A stretch of 64,000 nt of DNA from Chara braunii. Taxonomy: Eukaryota > Plantae > Charophyceae. The notes beneath the pieces were generated by a model. That model saw only the letters and a program-made list of their open reading frames with translations, did no database searches and was not told the DNA's origin. Made by a program: the position numbers and the translations under genes. Positions 13,528 to 27,721 of this stretch are shown here, in pieces. The stretch spans positions 3,266,969 through 3,330,968 of the forward strand of contig BFEA01000017.1 of assembly GCA_003427395.1 (NCBI GenBank), given 5' to 3'. How positions within the stretch are numbered: the first letter of the stretch is position 1; every line of letters begins with the position of its first letter.

Positions 13528-14292
13528 ACCGGCGTTCGGGACAGGTCGAACGCCCGAACCCGACACCCGAACCCGAACGCCCGAACGTATGGGACCCCTT
13601 GGGGATACGTTCGGCCGTTCGGGCTGAACACGGACATAAAAAAAATAAAAAATAAAAAAAGTCATCAAACAAATATGAAAACAAGATATGTTATGGAGAA
13701 AAATAAATTAAACAAGATTTGCCTGAGCATTACATCCGAATTCCTTACCAAATTTGAAAGAAAAATAAAATACGGAAAACAAATACTAATAATAAAAATA
13801 AATAAAAATAAAAAGAGAATTAAATTTAGTGAGTGCGCGAGCATGTTTTCGACACCGCCATCTATGGCGATTTTTTTTTTTTTTTGGCATAGCTATATAC
13901 CCTGAAAATTTATAGATGTGTACTTCACATAATACAAAACCCACAAAAAAAATTTCAAAATATAATAAAATTGTTTACACCCCCAACTAAAGTGAAAACA
14001 AAAAGTAAAAAGTGAAAACATACGTGGGCGAGCACGTTTTGACACCGCCATCTTTGGCCATTTTTAATTCTTATTTGGCTTAGCCAAATGACTTGTAAAT
14101 TTACATGCCTGTACCTCGCGTCATAGACAACGCAAAAAAAACAATTCAAAAAGAAATAATTATTTTTAGGCCCCGAAATAATTTTTGGCGGGGCCCAAAC
14201 GTCGTAGGGTTCGGACCCCGTACGGGACCCCGAACGCCCGTACGTACGGAGGTCTGCCCGGGGACCTCCGTACGTACGGGTTGGTGACCCTG
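11323..14292. mobile_element. Cluster of ~780-bp non-autonomous hAT/Blackjack-like elements in (TA)n
   Basis: Units at 11323-~11875 (reverse, partial), 11889-12680, 12691-13472 and 13521-14292. Termini are CAGGGTAACC/CAGAGTTGCC...GGT(A/G)ACC(C/T)TG with CCCGAACG subterminal repeats; units are separated by (TA)n. Confidence 0.8.
11528..11694. mobile_element. TTAA-flanked MITE (piggyBac-like)
   Basis: TTAA-ACCACTAGTACCTTTG...CAAAGGTACTAGTGGT-TTAA: perfect 16-bp TIR with TTAA duplication, inserted in a hAT-like unit. Confidence 0.9.
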
Positions 14293-15844
14293 TTTTTTTT
14301 TAATGGGCGTTATTGCGTAGTTTGAGTGTTTGTTTCTCGTTGTATTCATATTTTTTACTCATGTTCGTAATTTCTTTGTTCTTGTTCATTTCGTAAAATC
14401 CCGACCACATTGAGATCATGTTCGCATTAGGGAACTTTTGTCATGTCTAAGATTTATGTTTATGACCAATGATTCTTGTTATATTTATATGAATTTTATT
14501 GTGAGTTATCATCACGGTTGTGAGCATATAATCTCATTCCTCATATATCAACATGTTCGTGGTCTGCTTTGCTTGCGCTCTTAATTCTCTTTATCTAAAC
14601 CATTGTTTATACTTTTGATTCTACTCGAATCGTTTCTAATTGGTTTCCTCTTATTCGATCTCTAATTTGTGTTTACCTCATTTTTGTGATACTGTCCTGT
14701 GGTCATCATAATTGTCCGTCGAAATTTGGTTCTAGTGGTAAGCTAAGAGGAAGCATCAAAGTAGCATAGATGACCGTTTAGAAGAAGAAACGGATGAGGT
14801 AAGTGACGAGGAGTTGAGACTTGTCTGCTTGTAGTTATAATTAGTTGTCATTGCCACAAAGGTTTAAGATATTTGGTGCACAAGCGAATACCTCATCACT
14901 TGTAGGCGATCATCGACAACCCCGACACGAGTTGCACAACTTTTTACTTTTATTACGAGAGACTTTATGCATACGTTTTTGGAGATAAGCGACATAATGA
15001 GAGGTAAAAAAATAAGATAAGAAAGATAATTGAATCGATACAAAGTTTGCTTTGTGGATGACACTTGTGACTCTGACACCATCGACATACTATATACACT
15101 GAGAAAGATATTTCGTTAGTCGTAAAAAATAAGGAAAGGAAAGAAAATGAGGAGTGGGAAACGAGAAGGGAGAGCAGGGTAGTGGTCAAAAGAGTTGATA
15201 ATCGTATTGAAGTGAATCAACTACCGCGCACTTTGTATAAATCAGTTTGTTCCTAAAGTAGTGATTCCTTTGTTTATCTGTAGTCGATCTTTAACCCAGT
15301 TATTCCTCGATTCATATTTATCTATATATTAGTGATTGTGAAGTTTATCGGTTATGTTTTATCAAATCCTTTTAGAGTTTAAAACTTGGGTCATGTTCAT
15401 ATTCATTTGTTTTATTCATTGTTATATTCAAGTTGACACTTATGAAGTTTCGTAACGGTCAGTCACGTTCAAAGTTGTTTGACTTTATAAGGCTTATGTA
15501 CATATGTTTCTTAATGGTCGTTGCTCATAGGTTCTTCGTGCCCGATTATAGTCTAACCAGACCATGTTCCTATTATATTAATCTGGACCTTAGGCCGCCC
15601 ATCCGCTGTGGGAGCTCTATCATAACTTTGGTTGAAATCTTAAAGCAAGGAACTTGAAGGTGAACTTTCATCCTATATACCATTATTTTTACTACCCTGT
15701 ACAGGTTTGTGTTTATCTGTGTTTAACTTAATATTTTTGAATATTTCTTATGGATTAAACTATAATCAATAAAACATTTTTTTAACAAATAATTTTGTTT
15801 AAAGAAAGTTTGAAAATGTTAGGAAGGTTTGAAGTGACGACTGA

Positions 15845-16860
15845 CTGGGATTGAAAATAGTAGGATAAAAACTTTAGTGTGAGTCGTCGTACTACTTGTC
15901 TTAACTCAAACTGTTTGGTTTAAAAATCAGTAGGATAGAAACTCAAGCGTAAATCGTCTTGCTACTTATTGACTCGGAGGTTAAATTGTTTAGTATAAAA
16001 AGTAGTAAGATAGAGATTTCAACGTGATTTGTACTGCTATTTGTGAAAGTTTCTATTGATTGGTTTAAAAAGTAATACGATAGAGACTAAAGTGTGAATC
16101 ATCATACTATTTCTTTGCGTTTAAACTAACTGGTTTAAAAAAGTCATAAGATACAAACTTCAATTCGAGTTGTCATGTTGCTTATGTGCATTTTTAATCA
16201 TTGGTATTCAAGGAAGAAGGACAAATACTTAAGAGTGGATCATTCCACCGCTTGCTTATATCTATAATATTTTATTTTTAAAAACATACAAAAATAAATA
16301 TTATAAAAGTGTGAGTCATCATACTGCTTGCTTAATTTTTTACCACCTTGTAAAAAAAAAAATAAAAAAAATGGCTTTAGTATAAGTCGTCTACTTGTGT
16401 GCATTTAGACTTCATGGTATTGAGAAGTAATCGGATAAAAACTTAAGTGAGGATCGTTGTAGTAAGTGCCTCAATTTTGAGTGATTGGTTTCAAAGTTAG
16501 AATCATAGAAACTGAAGTGAGCGTCATCTTACTATTGGCGTGTATAATCACGTTAAAAGGTGGTCGAATAGAGATTCTAGTGTAGGTCATCCTAGTACTT
16601 GTCAGGATTTTGACTAAATAGTTTAGAAAGATATTATGATGAATACCTCATTCAGAGTTGTTCTACTATCTATTGGTATCTTATACTAGATGATTTTGAA
16701 ACGCAGTAGGATAAAAACTCTGGTGATGAAAGTCTTATTGTTTATTTCTAAATGGATTAATCAGTATTAAAGATAGTAGGATAAAGAATTCAATGAGGAT
16801 CGCCATACACCTTTTTGTATATGCATTGGTTGAATGTTAAAAGTGGAAGGAAAACAAGGG
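15845..16860. repeat. Degenerate ~70-bp tandem array (~15 units)
   Basis: Recurring core ggtttaaaaagtagtaggatagaaact...agtcgtc...ctacttg at roughly 69-74 bp spacing. Confidence 0.75.
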
Positions 16861-18279
16861 TTATTCTATTGTTTTTTTATATTTACGACTGATTGGATAT
16901 TTATAATTTTGAGTTTGGTTAAGTCATACGATTATCTTTATAATATAATAAGAAATATATATTATTTTATAAAATGAAGTAATACCAGTATTACATAATA
17001 TCTCAATAGATTTGAAGTTTTAATTATTTGAAGGACAACTAGATTCGTATTAATAGGAAAGGTGTGGATATAATGTTTTCTGATGTGTGATTACATGTCA
17101 TATCGATTTATAGACTGTTACAGAAGGACTTGCTATGAATCCTCACTCATCTTTGGAACCCACACGTTAAAACAGATCTCTCTTGGAAAATCTATTTGTA
17201 TTTTATAAATGTTTTTTTTTTAAAGTTTATGTTATTCTAAATAATCATTGTCCAAACTATATTTTATTGATTAACCTTAAAAGAAAAACGTTTGTTTAGC
17301 AGTGAGAGGTTGCAAAATATGAGCGTAAAATAAATGAATGTGAACAAAGAGTATATTTCCTCATAATTGTGTAACGTGTTTGATTTGCTTTTGCAGGTTA
17401 GTATAATACATTTTATGTCCTGTATAGTTAAAAGATCAATAGTGAAAACCTTATGTTTATCGTGGCTTCGACGTTTACTCTTCTACGAGGCATAACTTTT
17501 GTATATTTGGTTCATACAATATTTTTTTTTGTTTTCTAGATGTTGATGAAAATATTCAAAAATTAAGGGACTACTTCATTCAACGTTTCTTCGAAAGGTC
17601 ACAAGGTTATGCTCATTTTTTTGCTTATGATTGAAAGGTAAAAAAAACATGTTTTTATTTTTTATTGTCGCTTATGTGAAAAAAATTCATTACATTTTTT
17701 TTGTATAACGACTTTTTCATGCAACTTAAATTTTATACGCATATGAAACGAGAAAGATTTTAATAATTAAGAGTCATATCGAGTAAGTTTAACCCCTTTG
17801 TGTGATGGGCGGGTAACCTATGTATGCCTACTAAACACTCAATATAAAGGGAATAACAGTTTTGAAGAGGGATAAGTTCATTCTAATTACGAATGATATA
17901 AAGTATCTCCCCATTTGTAATTATTAATTAGATTATAATATCCATGATAGCAAGACGAGATCGTTATTTGCTGAAGGATAACCAATCCAGTAAATTTTTT
18001 TTTTTTTATCACAGAGAAGTAAGGACGTGCAACTACTGATACAATTGTTTATCATCGAGAAGTGAAACTTATGAAGCACTATTCTTTCGGGAGTTAAGCA
18101 CCACATGCAACTCTGAAACCATCGAGGGATCACTCATCATCGATTACCATAAAGTTTATCACTATGTCAGTTTGCCATTCAACAGAAAAATTTCCATGTG
18201 AAATGAAAGTTGAAAAAACATTCCATAAAAAAAAACATTATTCATATTTATAAATTATCATTCCAATTTTTGTCCAATT

Positions 18280-18612
18280 CTAAAATTTTCAATTTAATTT
18301 GATAAGTTCCCGTCTAAATATGAGTTTTCCCTTCCAACTACATCTATTTGTTCAAGATGGAATTGAAGTCTGGACGAGTTTATGAAATGTTTTAATTAGA
18401 CTTTCATTCTACTACAACAAATATCGTCTAATTTAGATTGGATTAACCTATTTATGACTGGAAATCCTTACTTAAAATGACAGTCCAATTAAAATATTTT
18501 ATGAACTCATCCAGACTTTCATTCCATCTCTAGCATGCAGTTCAAATAAGAAGGGATACCCCATTCTTGGAAGGAAAGTTTTCAAGTAAGACGGAAAATT
18601 TTAAAATTTGAG
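18280..18612. repeat. Degenerate foldback inverted repeat
   Basis: agatggaattgaagtctggacgagtttatgaaatgttttaatt pairs with aattaaaatattttatgaactcatccagactttcattccatct; centre near 18440. Confidence 0.7.
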
Positions 18613-21063
18613 TTACATTTTTTAAGATGAAATGGAAATTTAAAATTTAGAATGGTATTTTGCTCTAGAATGATTATTTAATTCTGGGAAATTTTTCTAT
18701 TGTTAGGTTTTTCATTATATAAAATATAACAGTTTAAGTATGTCAATATGCTTATTCGTATGACTCACTGCACGAGTTGTGTTCGATAAAAAAAAGTTAC
18801 GATATAAACACAGGAGACAGATGAGGATAAATATTATAAGCGAAAAAGTTCGATAGTCCAGTATATTTGAATCGTAAGTCGGTCCAAGGATCAACTCCCC
18901 GGAGTATGACACATTTACAAGTCAGTCTCATACATCTTACCACTCATAATCGCTATGCTACAAACGACGAAAAAACATTCGTGACTAACTCATCTCTGGC
19001 ACGGCGTGTAAAAGTTTTCACATGGGAGTTAGTAGTTCTACAAAAATATGTTTACCTAAAGGTACGAACAACTCATCGGGTAGAGGTAAGTTACACCTCG
19101 CGGATATCATAAGAGGCATAACTTGCGCACTCAACTCAGGCGGTGACTTAGTTTGTTACTACTCAATGTACATTACTCCTGCGTGAGATTATTATAAAAA
19201 TCTGTAGTTCGTCTACGAGTCTCTCAACGCTGCAATCAACAACACTGTTCGGATTCTTTATTATCTACTATATCAGATAATTTACCTCTCTAATTAGGTC
19301 ATTACTCTAGGGAAATATTTATTTTAGTCCAGTCGTATAAAACCATTACCATACAATAATTTAAATGTCAAAAGCAATACATTCAAAATTTTATTTTCTT
19401 GCTTATTCTTTTTCAATACGGTCGTCATAAAGTGCATAAATTTTATCTTTTGTTGTGTCGATATGTAAAGTCTCCACCACTCATAATGAAAGTTTAAAAA
19501 CATCACCTTGCAACAATTTCGGAACATGGAATAAATATACATTTTGTTTTCCAAATATTGTGGCAAACAAAGTATAAGCCAATAGAAAAGTTTAACTTCA
19601 ACAACATTTTTAATTCATCACACGAGGAGAAAAAAACATTGCCTTCAATAAAAAAATATAGGTTATTGTGAACTATAAACTAGCTTCTTGTGTATGAGGA
19701 AAATGTCATTTTATATTTTTACAAATATAAATAATAATAAAATTCCCCAACAAAATTTATATACCTTTAGGATATATGAAGCATTTCAATGAAGGTTTTT
19801 TTTTTTTTTTTCATTTAAAAGGAACTAGTTATTGCATTTCATAAAACGATATCGATCGTAACAAATGCAAAATAAAAAAAATAAATCTTTATATTTTTTA
19901 TTTTTTTTGCAATCATACGTCTTTTATTGTTTGTTCAAAAAAAGAACATTTGTTAGCAATAAAGGTTAATTTTCTAAACATCAACGTCGTGAGATTCTTT
20001 ATCACAATTTTTTTCATGTTGTTCATTATTGTACCTTTAGCTTAATTTTGTCTTTTAATAACCTATAGATTGATTGTTAAGTTATTTTATTTATGGATCT
20101 TATATGTTGTATTTCAAGTTTTATTAGTATTATCTAAAATATATTTTTTTTTCATAAGAGGGGATTTCATTTTGATTATATATTGTAAACTTTCAATTGC
20201 CTATTCGAATTTTCGAGTGTCGAACTTACAATATCAAAGTCTTTGCAGAAGTGGTTTCTCACCTCACTGTAAAGTAAAGTTTTCCACCCGAGATCATGCA
20301 ATAAATATGTTTTTCAATTATTGGTTAGTTCCTCATATTATTGACACAATTATTAATTTTTGAAACGTCGTAATTGAGACATTGTAATCGAGCTTCGACT
20401 CATATTTCAAGTTTTTTTAACCATAAAAAATGGCGTATTATAGCTCCAAAGTTGCAATACATTAATGAATGCAATATAACAACACGGTTAGGAAACGTAC
20501 TCGTGGCTTAATATTTTGGTCTACCCTCAATTGGCTGTCTCTCAACCCACTGGAGCGTCATACATGATGATACTCTCTGGCAATTTTTCGATATCTTTCC
20601 ATTGGTCACAGTTATACCTCGTTATAAATTAGTGTCGTGTTAAGCCTTAAGTCACCCCAACGAACTGACTAGCGTCTTTCTAGCTCGGTTATAGTTTTTT
20701 TTCCCCTGAATATCTGTACGGGGTCAATTATTGGGGGTAATAAGAATGTCCCCCAAGCCTAAGAGTGGGTACCGCCTTTCTAAATGATTCCAATCCATAA
20801 CTTGGGAGTTCCACCAAGTATAAATCGGCCTAACATCCTTTGTACAACAAAAAATCAGATCGTAAAATGTATGCAATATTTATAGTCAAAATTATGGCTC
20901 TCTATCAATCTCGGCTATGGCCATGCCACAGAGCGAGATCCCAATACATAAGAGTCCTCCTATCTAAAATCAAATTATATTATAACAATGATAAAGAGTT
21001 ATCCTACGCTGCAATACATATATATATATTTTTTTTTTGTTTGTGACAATATATATATATATA

Positions 21064-23687
21064 AAAGGTTGCCTGCGTTTAGGACAGGCCGAACGCCCGA
21101 ACGTTCGGCACCCCCTCTCGACGCTTTGGGGCCTTTGTACATTTGGTCTGGGAACCTTGTATATATATATATATATATATATACATATATATAACCGGCG
21201 TTCGGGACGGGCCGAACACCCGAACCCGAACGATCGAACGTATGGGACCCCTTGGGGATGCGTTCAGCCGTTTAAGCCGAACGCGTCAAAGGGGAAAAAA
21301 AAAAAAAAAAGTCATCAAAAACATCTAAAAAAAATATATGTTATCGAAAAAAATAAATTAAGCAAGATTTGCTTGAGCATTACGTCGGAATTCCTTACCA
21401 AATTTGAAATAACAATAAAATACATAGAACAAATACTAATAATAAAAATAAAAAGAGAATGAAATTTAGTGAATGCGCGAGCATGTTTTCGACACCGCCA
21501 TCTTTGGCGATTTTTCATTTTTTTTTTGTAATAGCTAAATGCCCTGAAAATTTACAGATATGTACTTCACATAATACAAAACCCACTAAAAAAGTTTCAA
21601 AAAATAATAAAATTGTTTAGACCCACAACTAAAGTGAAAAGAAAAAGTAAAAAGTGAAAACAAACGTGGGCGAGCACGTTTTGACACCGCCATCTTTGGC
21701 GATTTTTAATTCTTATTTCGCTAAGCCAAATGACTTGAACATTTATAAGCATGTACCTCACACCATAGAAAACTCACCAAAAAACGTTTAGAAAGAAATA
21801 TATATTTTTAGGCCCAGAAATATTTTTTGGCAGGGGCCGAACGCCGTCGGGTTCGGACCCCGAACGCCCTAACGTACGGGCTGGTAACCCTGTATATATA
21901 CCGGGCAGTTCTATTTGACGATATATATATATAAATATCGTCACAAACAGAACTGTCTGGTAAACCGTTGGCAGAGAGAGAGAAGGGAATACATATATAT
22001 ATATCTATATATATATATAGATATATATATATACAGAGTTGCCAGGCCAAACGTACGGAGGCCCCTAAGCTGACCCCCAAACGTTCGGGCGTTCGGGTCC
22101 CCGTACGGGGCCCGAACTCGAAGGGGTTCGGACCCCGCAAAAAAATATTTCAGTATCTTAAAATTATTTGTTTTTTCTGATGTTTTTTTTGTGATTTCTC
22201 TGTTATGTAAGCTACCAGTTTCTCAATTTAGAAGTCATTCTTTGGAGCCAAAAAATAATGAAAAATCGGCAAAGATGGTGGTGTCAAAACATGCTTACCC
22301 ACTTACTAATTAGTTTTTTTTTTCTTTTCACCCTGTGTTCCCTTTATTTCGGGGCCTGAACAAAATATTATTTTTCCAAACTTTATTTGTAGGTTCTCTA
22401 TGATGTAAGATACAGACATATAAAATTTCGTGGCATTTGACAAAGCCAAAAAAAAAAGAAAAATCGCCAAAGATGGCGGTGTCAAAAACTTGCTCGCCCA
22501 CGCAATAATTTCATTCTCGTTTTATTTTTTCTTATTTTCATTAATATTATTTATTTATTTTATTTGATTTTTATTTCAAATTTGGTAAAACATTTGGATG
22601 TACTGTTGAGGCAAATGTTCTTTAGTTTATTCTTCTGCATGTTTTTCGTTTTTTTTTGGCATAGCTAAATGCTCTGAAAATTTACAGACGTGTACTTCAC
22701 ATAATATAAAACCCACTAAAAAAGTTTTAAAAAATAATAAAATTGTTTAGACCCCTAACTAAAGTGAAAACAAAAAGTACAAAGTGAAAAAATATGTGGG
22801 GGAACACGTTTTGACACCGCCATCTTTGGCGATTTTTAATTCCTATTTGTCTGAGCCAAATGACTTGAAACTTTATAGGCAGGTACCTCACGTCATAAAG
22901 AACTCACAAAAAACAATTAAAAAAAAAATGATTATTTTTAGGCCCCAAAATAATTTTTTGCGGGGGTCGAACGCCGCTGGGTTCGGGCCCCGTACGGGAC
23001 CCCGAACGCTCACTTTCCCGGCCGGGCCAAAAAATAAAAAAATAAAATTTAACCTAGGCTAACAGAGTGACCCGGACCCACTTGTCCGATTGGGCAAAAA
23101 AAAAAATTTAACTTTTAAGAGAATAAATATATTTTATTTTTATTTTTATTTTATATTTTACAAAGAGATGTGACTTTGAGGCAAAAATTGTTCAGTTTAT
23201 TTTTCTGTATAACATAATATTTTTTAGTTTTTTTTTTTTTTCGGCTGAAATCTTATTTGGTCCTTGCACAGTCGCCCCCCCGGGAAAAAAAGGGACCCGG
23301 TTAGCCCGGCTCGTAGCCTAGATTTTAACTTAATTTTTTATTTTAAATATATTTAAAAAAAATTATTTGACCCTAAGGCAAAAATTATTTAGTTTATTTT
23401 TTTTGCATAACATAGTTTTTTTGAAGGGTTTTTTTTTTTTTTTTTTTTTTGCTATGACCCTACTCTGGTTCTTGCACGACCGGGCCATCCGCGAAACTAG
23501 GGTGACCCAGACGACCTTGCTGGTAGCCGAGGTAAGATTTTTTTTATTATATATATTTTATTTTTATTATTATTATTTTTTTCTCGTTCGCGTTCGGCCT
23601 GAACGGCTGAACGCATCTCTAAGGAGTCCCGTATGTTCGGGCATTCAGGTTCGGGCGTTCAGCCCGCCCCGAACACCGGTTACCTCG
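21064..23687. mobile_element. Second cluster of the same hAT/Blackjack-like family
   Basis: Mini-unit 21064-21159, full unit ~21191-21892, reverse unit from 22034, partial 22650-23010 and a reverse end 23585-23687; (TA)n spacers. Confidence 0.8.
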
Positions 23688-26600
23688 ATTTGTTTTTTTC
23701 ATTTTCGTCGCTTGTCTATTTTTTTATTTTATTTTTTTAATTTTTTTTTGCATGTTTGTGATTTTTATGCATCTCTACGACAATTTATGTTTTGATGGTT
23801 ATTGAAATTATAAACCCTTATTCTATATGATTTTTTTTATAAAGACAATTTGATGAATTTTATCGTTTTTGTATAATATTTTCGATTGGGGTTACTTATA
23901 GGTTAAAAAAAAATATTGGATTAAAAATTATATTATCTCCAGCGTTTGAATTAGTTTACAATCTAAACAAAAACTTTAAAAGAATTTTTTTTTTTTCGAA
24001 ATTAGTTAGTTCAAACTCTGTCTAAGTAACTTTTGATTTATTTTTGGGTTTGCCAAAAAATATTTTTAATTCCTTTATGTTTCACTCTATATGAAATATA
24101 TATCTATATCAACCAGATGAATATTGTTGGTGTATCAGTCGAAGGTTGAACAAAACCACTAGTGTGATGTCGGAACGATCATGAAAAAAATATTTTAGTT
24201 TTAGGTTTTCAAGGACCAAATATGCGTATAAAGTCTAAGTTTTAATTTTAGGATTGTCATTGGTTGAATCTGGTACCATTCCAAACATTAGTTTGATGTT
24301 AATTTAATAATGAATTCAATATTTGAAATGATTTTTTTTTTTTTCTAGGCCTCTGAGAGTTGAAGACAGTTTCAAGCACATGCAATTGTATTTCGACTTT
24401 TAAAGGCTTGATTGAGTTTTGTTATGATATTTGTATACCAACTTATGAAAACTTAATACAATTCTGTTTATGAAATACTTTTTAAATTGTTATTTCCTCT
24501 AATTGTTCCTCTTACATAGACATTTCACAATAATCATGAAAAAGATTATACAAATGTTAACATTTTAATGCATAAAAACTTTTAATACAAGAGATTGTTA
24601 TTTTTTATTTATATAAGACGAAATGAATGTCGTTAACGAGATTCATGAAAGTTGTTGGAGCAAAAACCTTATAAGGATATTTTCTCAGTGTTATTCATTT
24701 AAAACAATCTATGACTATTTGTAAATAAGTTTTTGGATAAATGACTTAATGAGATTGAAATACATGTTGAAACTTCATGCAGACTAAACCTATGACCGAA
24801 AGATTAACATTTTATTAAAGTTTGGTTCGAACGTTTATCGACATCCGAAAATTATGATTGAAGCTTACCGATGGGACCACATACACAATTACCATGGCGA
24901 CGAACGATGGCAGTAAATCCAGGTTGTCGTAAACTACTTAAGTAATAACATATATAACTTCGATGTCTTAAGACGTCGTCGATAAATCCTTTGAAAGTTA
25001 GGCGCGATGGCATTACGATCACAACGTATGATTGTCCTATGCACACCTTAAACCACAACAACCCCTGCCGTCATAAATTAGGGGGGACCGATAACACATG
25101 TCTATGAGGGTTACTGGTAGCATAGTGGGGGAGAGTGACAAAATTGAAAAATACGTTCCTTTTCGCTCGCGATTTATTTTGTTGTTAAAATTATAAAAAA
25201 AAAAAAGATTTTTTCTATAAAGATCGTGACAAAATCTATGGACCCTCAATTTTTTAGAGTTGTTAAGTCATCCTTTCGAGCACAAAAATTGCGAAAGTTG
25301 GAGCACTTTTTTCGTTGGCCCAGACGTGGTGAAGTGATAAAAATAGAAAATGTGACGAAACGGGGTGACATTCACGTTTTTTTTTTTTTTTTTCATTTTT
25401 TGATATTTGTCCTGGAAAGATCACAACCTAATCTACGAGATCTCAAATTTTAAGATTCTTTCGCCAATTGTTCTGAGTGTGAAAAATCGTCAAAGTTCGC
25501 GCTTGAAAATTTTTGGGCCGGACTTGCCTGCGCCTGCCAGTCTCCGGCCCCGCTTAAGAACTCGATCCGTAAGGCCAAGAGAAAGGAATATAGGCCGGCG
25601 GGGTTAGTGGTGTTTTAACATTGATGCACTGTGAGTAAGGGTCACTGCAACGTCCGCTTTATTCCGTTAAAAGTAAAGTCATGTCGAGTGTGTGACTGTT
25701 AGAGGACAACGAGCAAGCGCCCTCGACTGACTACCTCTTCGATTGCATGTAAAAATTTTCAAACCTAAATTAATAGCTCGGTAGGGACGACTCTAAGGGT
25801 GGTCACAACCTCTTAGGCAAGGAAAAGTTGTGCCTCGCAATAACCGGTCCTGTCGTAGGGGACCGCGAGAGGTACGGACGGCACACCCGACCAGAGCGGG
25901 GAAAACCGTGCTTGGACGGTGCGGGGTTTCATCGTTGTCTCTAAGTCATTTTTAATACTCTCACGTAATGCAGTCGTGAGGGCTTCTGCTGAAAGGCGGG
26001 AGCCGATACGCTCGACACATGATGTTGTAGGTCAGGAGGGATGGCATCCTACTGTCCATTACGTTTGTGTGTAGTCTGTTGCTCAACTCCAGTCGTGCAA
26101 ATCGGGAAGACGTCGGGACAACCTCGCAACCAGTCAAACTTACTCGTTATAGCAACTTCACCTGTTCTGGATGACCAATGGACCTGTGCCACCCTTTGAC
26201 AACCATTGATGAACGTGTCAGCCCTTCTCTTCTGTCATACCTCCGCCCAGCACTACCTCTTCACTGACCGCCGCTGCACCTGAAGTCTGCCATCACCATC
26301 TGCAGCTTCGCCACCAATAGGCTTTCACCTTCGACCAAGCCAGCACCACTGGCCTGTCGAATGGGGAATGGGAGAGCCCGCCTCCCGGCCTGTTTGGGGT
26401 GTGCTACAACGCTAACACAGCGCCAGCGCAATGCTGCTACTCCCCACAGACTGTCATCCTCAAGCCCCTGAAGCTGGTGGGTCTCGAACCTATCACCTTC
26501 CTGGTGCAACTCAGGCATGAAGCCTGCTGAGCTGATCTTCGACTGACTCCAGATAGAGTAAGTCAGGAGCCACCCACCTTCGCGAAAAAAAACAAAGCAG

Positions 26601-27489
26601 ACCAAGAATTGCGCACAGATGTGACGGTTAGTAAACACAACAACACAGTTTTAACTTTTTTTTTTTTTTTTTTTTTTAGGNGGGGGGGAACAACACACGA
26701 CAACACAGTTTGAAACCGGGGGCGTAGTCAGATTCGGATGAACCGAGTCATGCATGGAAAGGAAAAGAGAGGCTGTTGTAGGTAAATTTTTGTTTTTTTT
26801 TCGCTGGTGGTGGTGGCGGGTGTCTTCAGCTCCTGGCAGTCAGATTCAGATGAACTGAGTCATGAAAAACACAGGAGAGGCAGAACGGAAAAACGAAAGG
26901 AAAATAGAGGCTGTTGCCGATAAAAAAAATCGGTGACTGGTTGGTCCGGCGCCTCTGGGGGTCCGAGAGGCGGGAGAGCAGAACGGTCCACTGCAGAAGC
27001 GGAGCTTCAAATTTGTTTTTCGATGCCGAAGGCGAATTCACCTTTGGCGGGGGCGGCGGGAAGGAAGGTGCGCGGCGGGTAGGTAGACGGCGGCGGCAGA
27101 GTCTCGAAGGCAGGTTGAGGTCCTACTGTAGTCCGGAGGGTTTAGAGTGTAGATACCTAGTCCTTACCATCTTCGCCATATCCTAGTCCTTGCTTGCTGT
27201 AGTCCCTTCTTCCCCTCTTCCCCTCTTCCCCTCTTCCCTAACTTCTTATTCATATATGTTTGGAATGATGTGAAGACCGTCAGTGTAGCATCGGCGCCGT
27301 TTTCCCGCTCTCCCTTTTCCCTCCCTCCCTCCCTGCCCTTTCCTTTCTCCCTCCATTCTCACATTTCCTCTTGATCCTCCGACCCTTCATTCGTCTTTCT
27401 TGCTATCCTGCCATGATCCATCCATTCAGTTTGAACTAAGCGATCGGTTCGACAGCCCCTTTTTCTTCGTTCAGTACATGCGTATATAT

Positions 27490-27538
<49 letters not shown>

Positions 27539-27721
27539 TGCCCCCCTCTCGCCTTCTCCTGTCCAAAGCAACTCTTTCCTCCCCTCTTTCTCTACACCCC
27601 ACTTTAACAGAGTGACCGTTGGACTTATTACTACCGGTAGGTAACCGCTTGGGTTGTGAGTGGAGGTCTCGCGGGCCGAAGACGACAGCGGTAGTGACAG
27701 GAGGGAGGGGCATTTATGTAA

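Noticed and set aside
15845-16860. CRISPR-like periodicity (also 32200-32795 and 37130-38090)
   Set aside because: Units are contiguous and degenerate with no unique spacers; eukaryotic context and no cas genes.
17789-25607. Large piggyBac-like element from ttaacccct to ggggttag
   Set aside because: The putative TIRs match over only about 4 bp and the right flank is not TTAA.
27042-27179. Divergent minus-strand gene start (ATGGCGAAGATG/gtaagg plus a short second exon)
   Set aside because: The intron would be only ~45 nt, the peptide has no recognisable similarity and no downstream exons could be traced.
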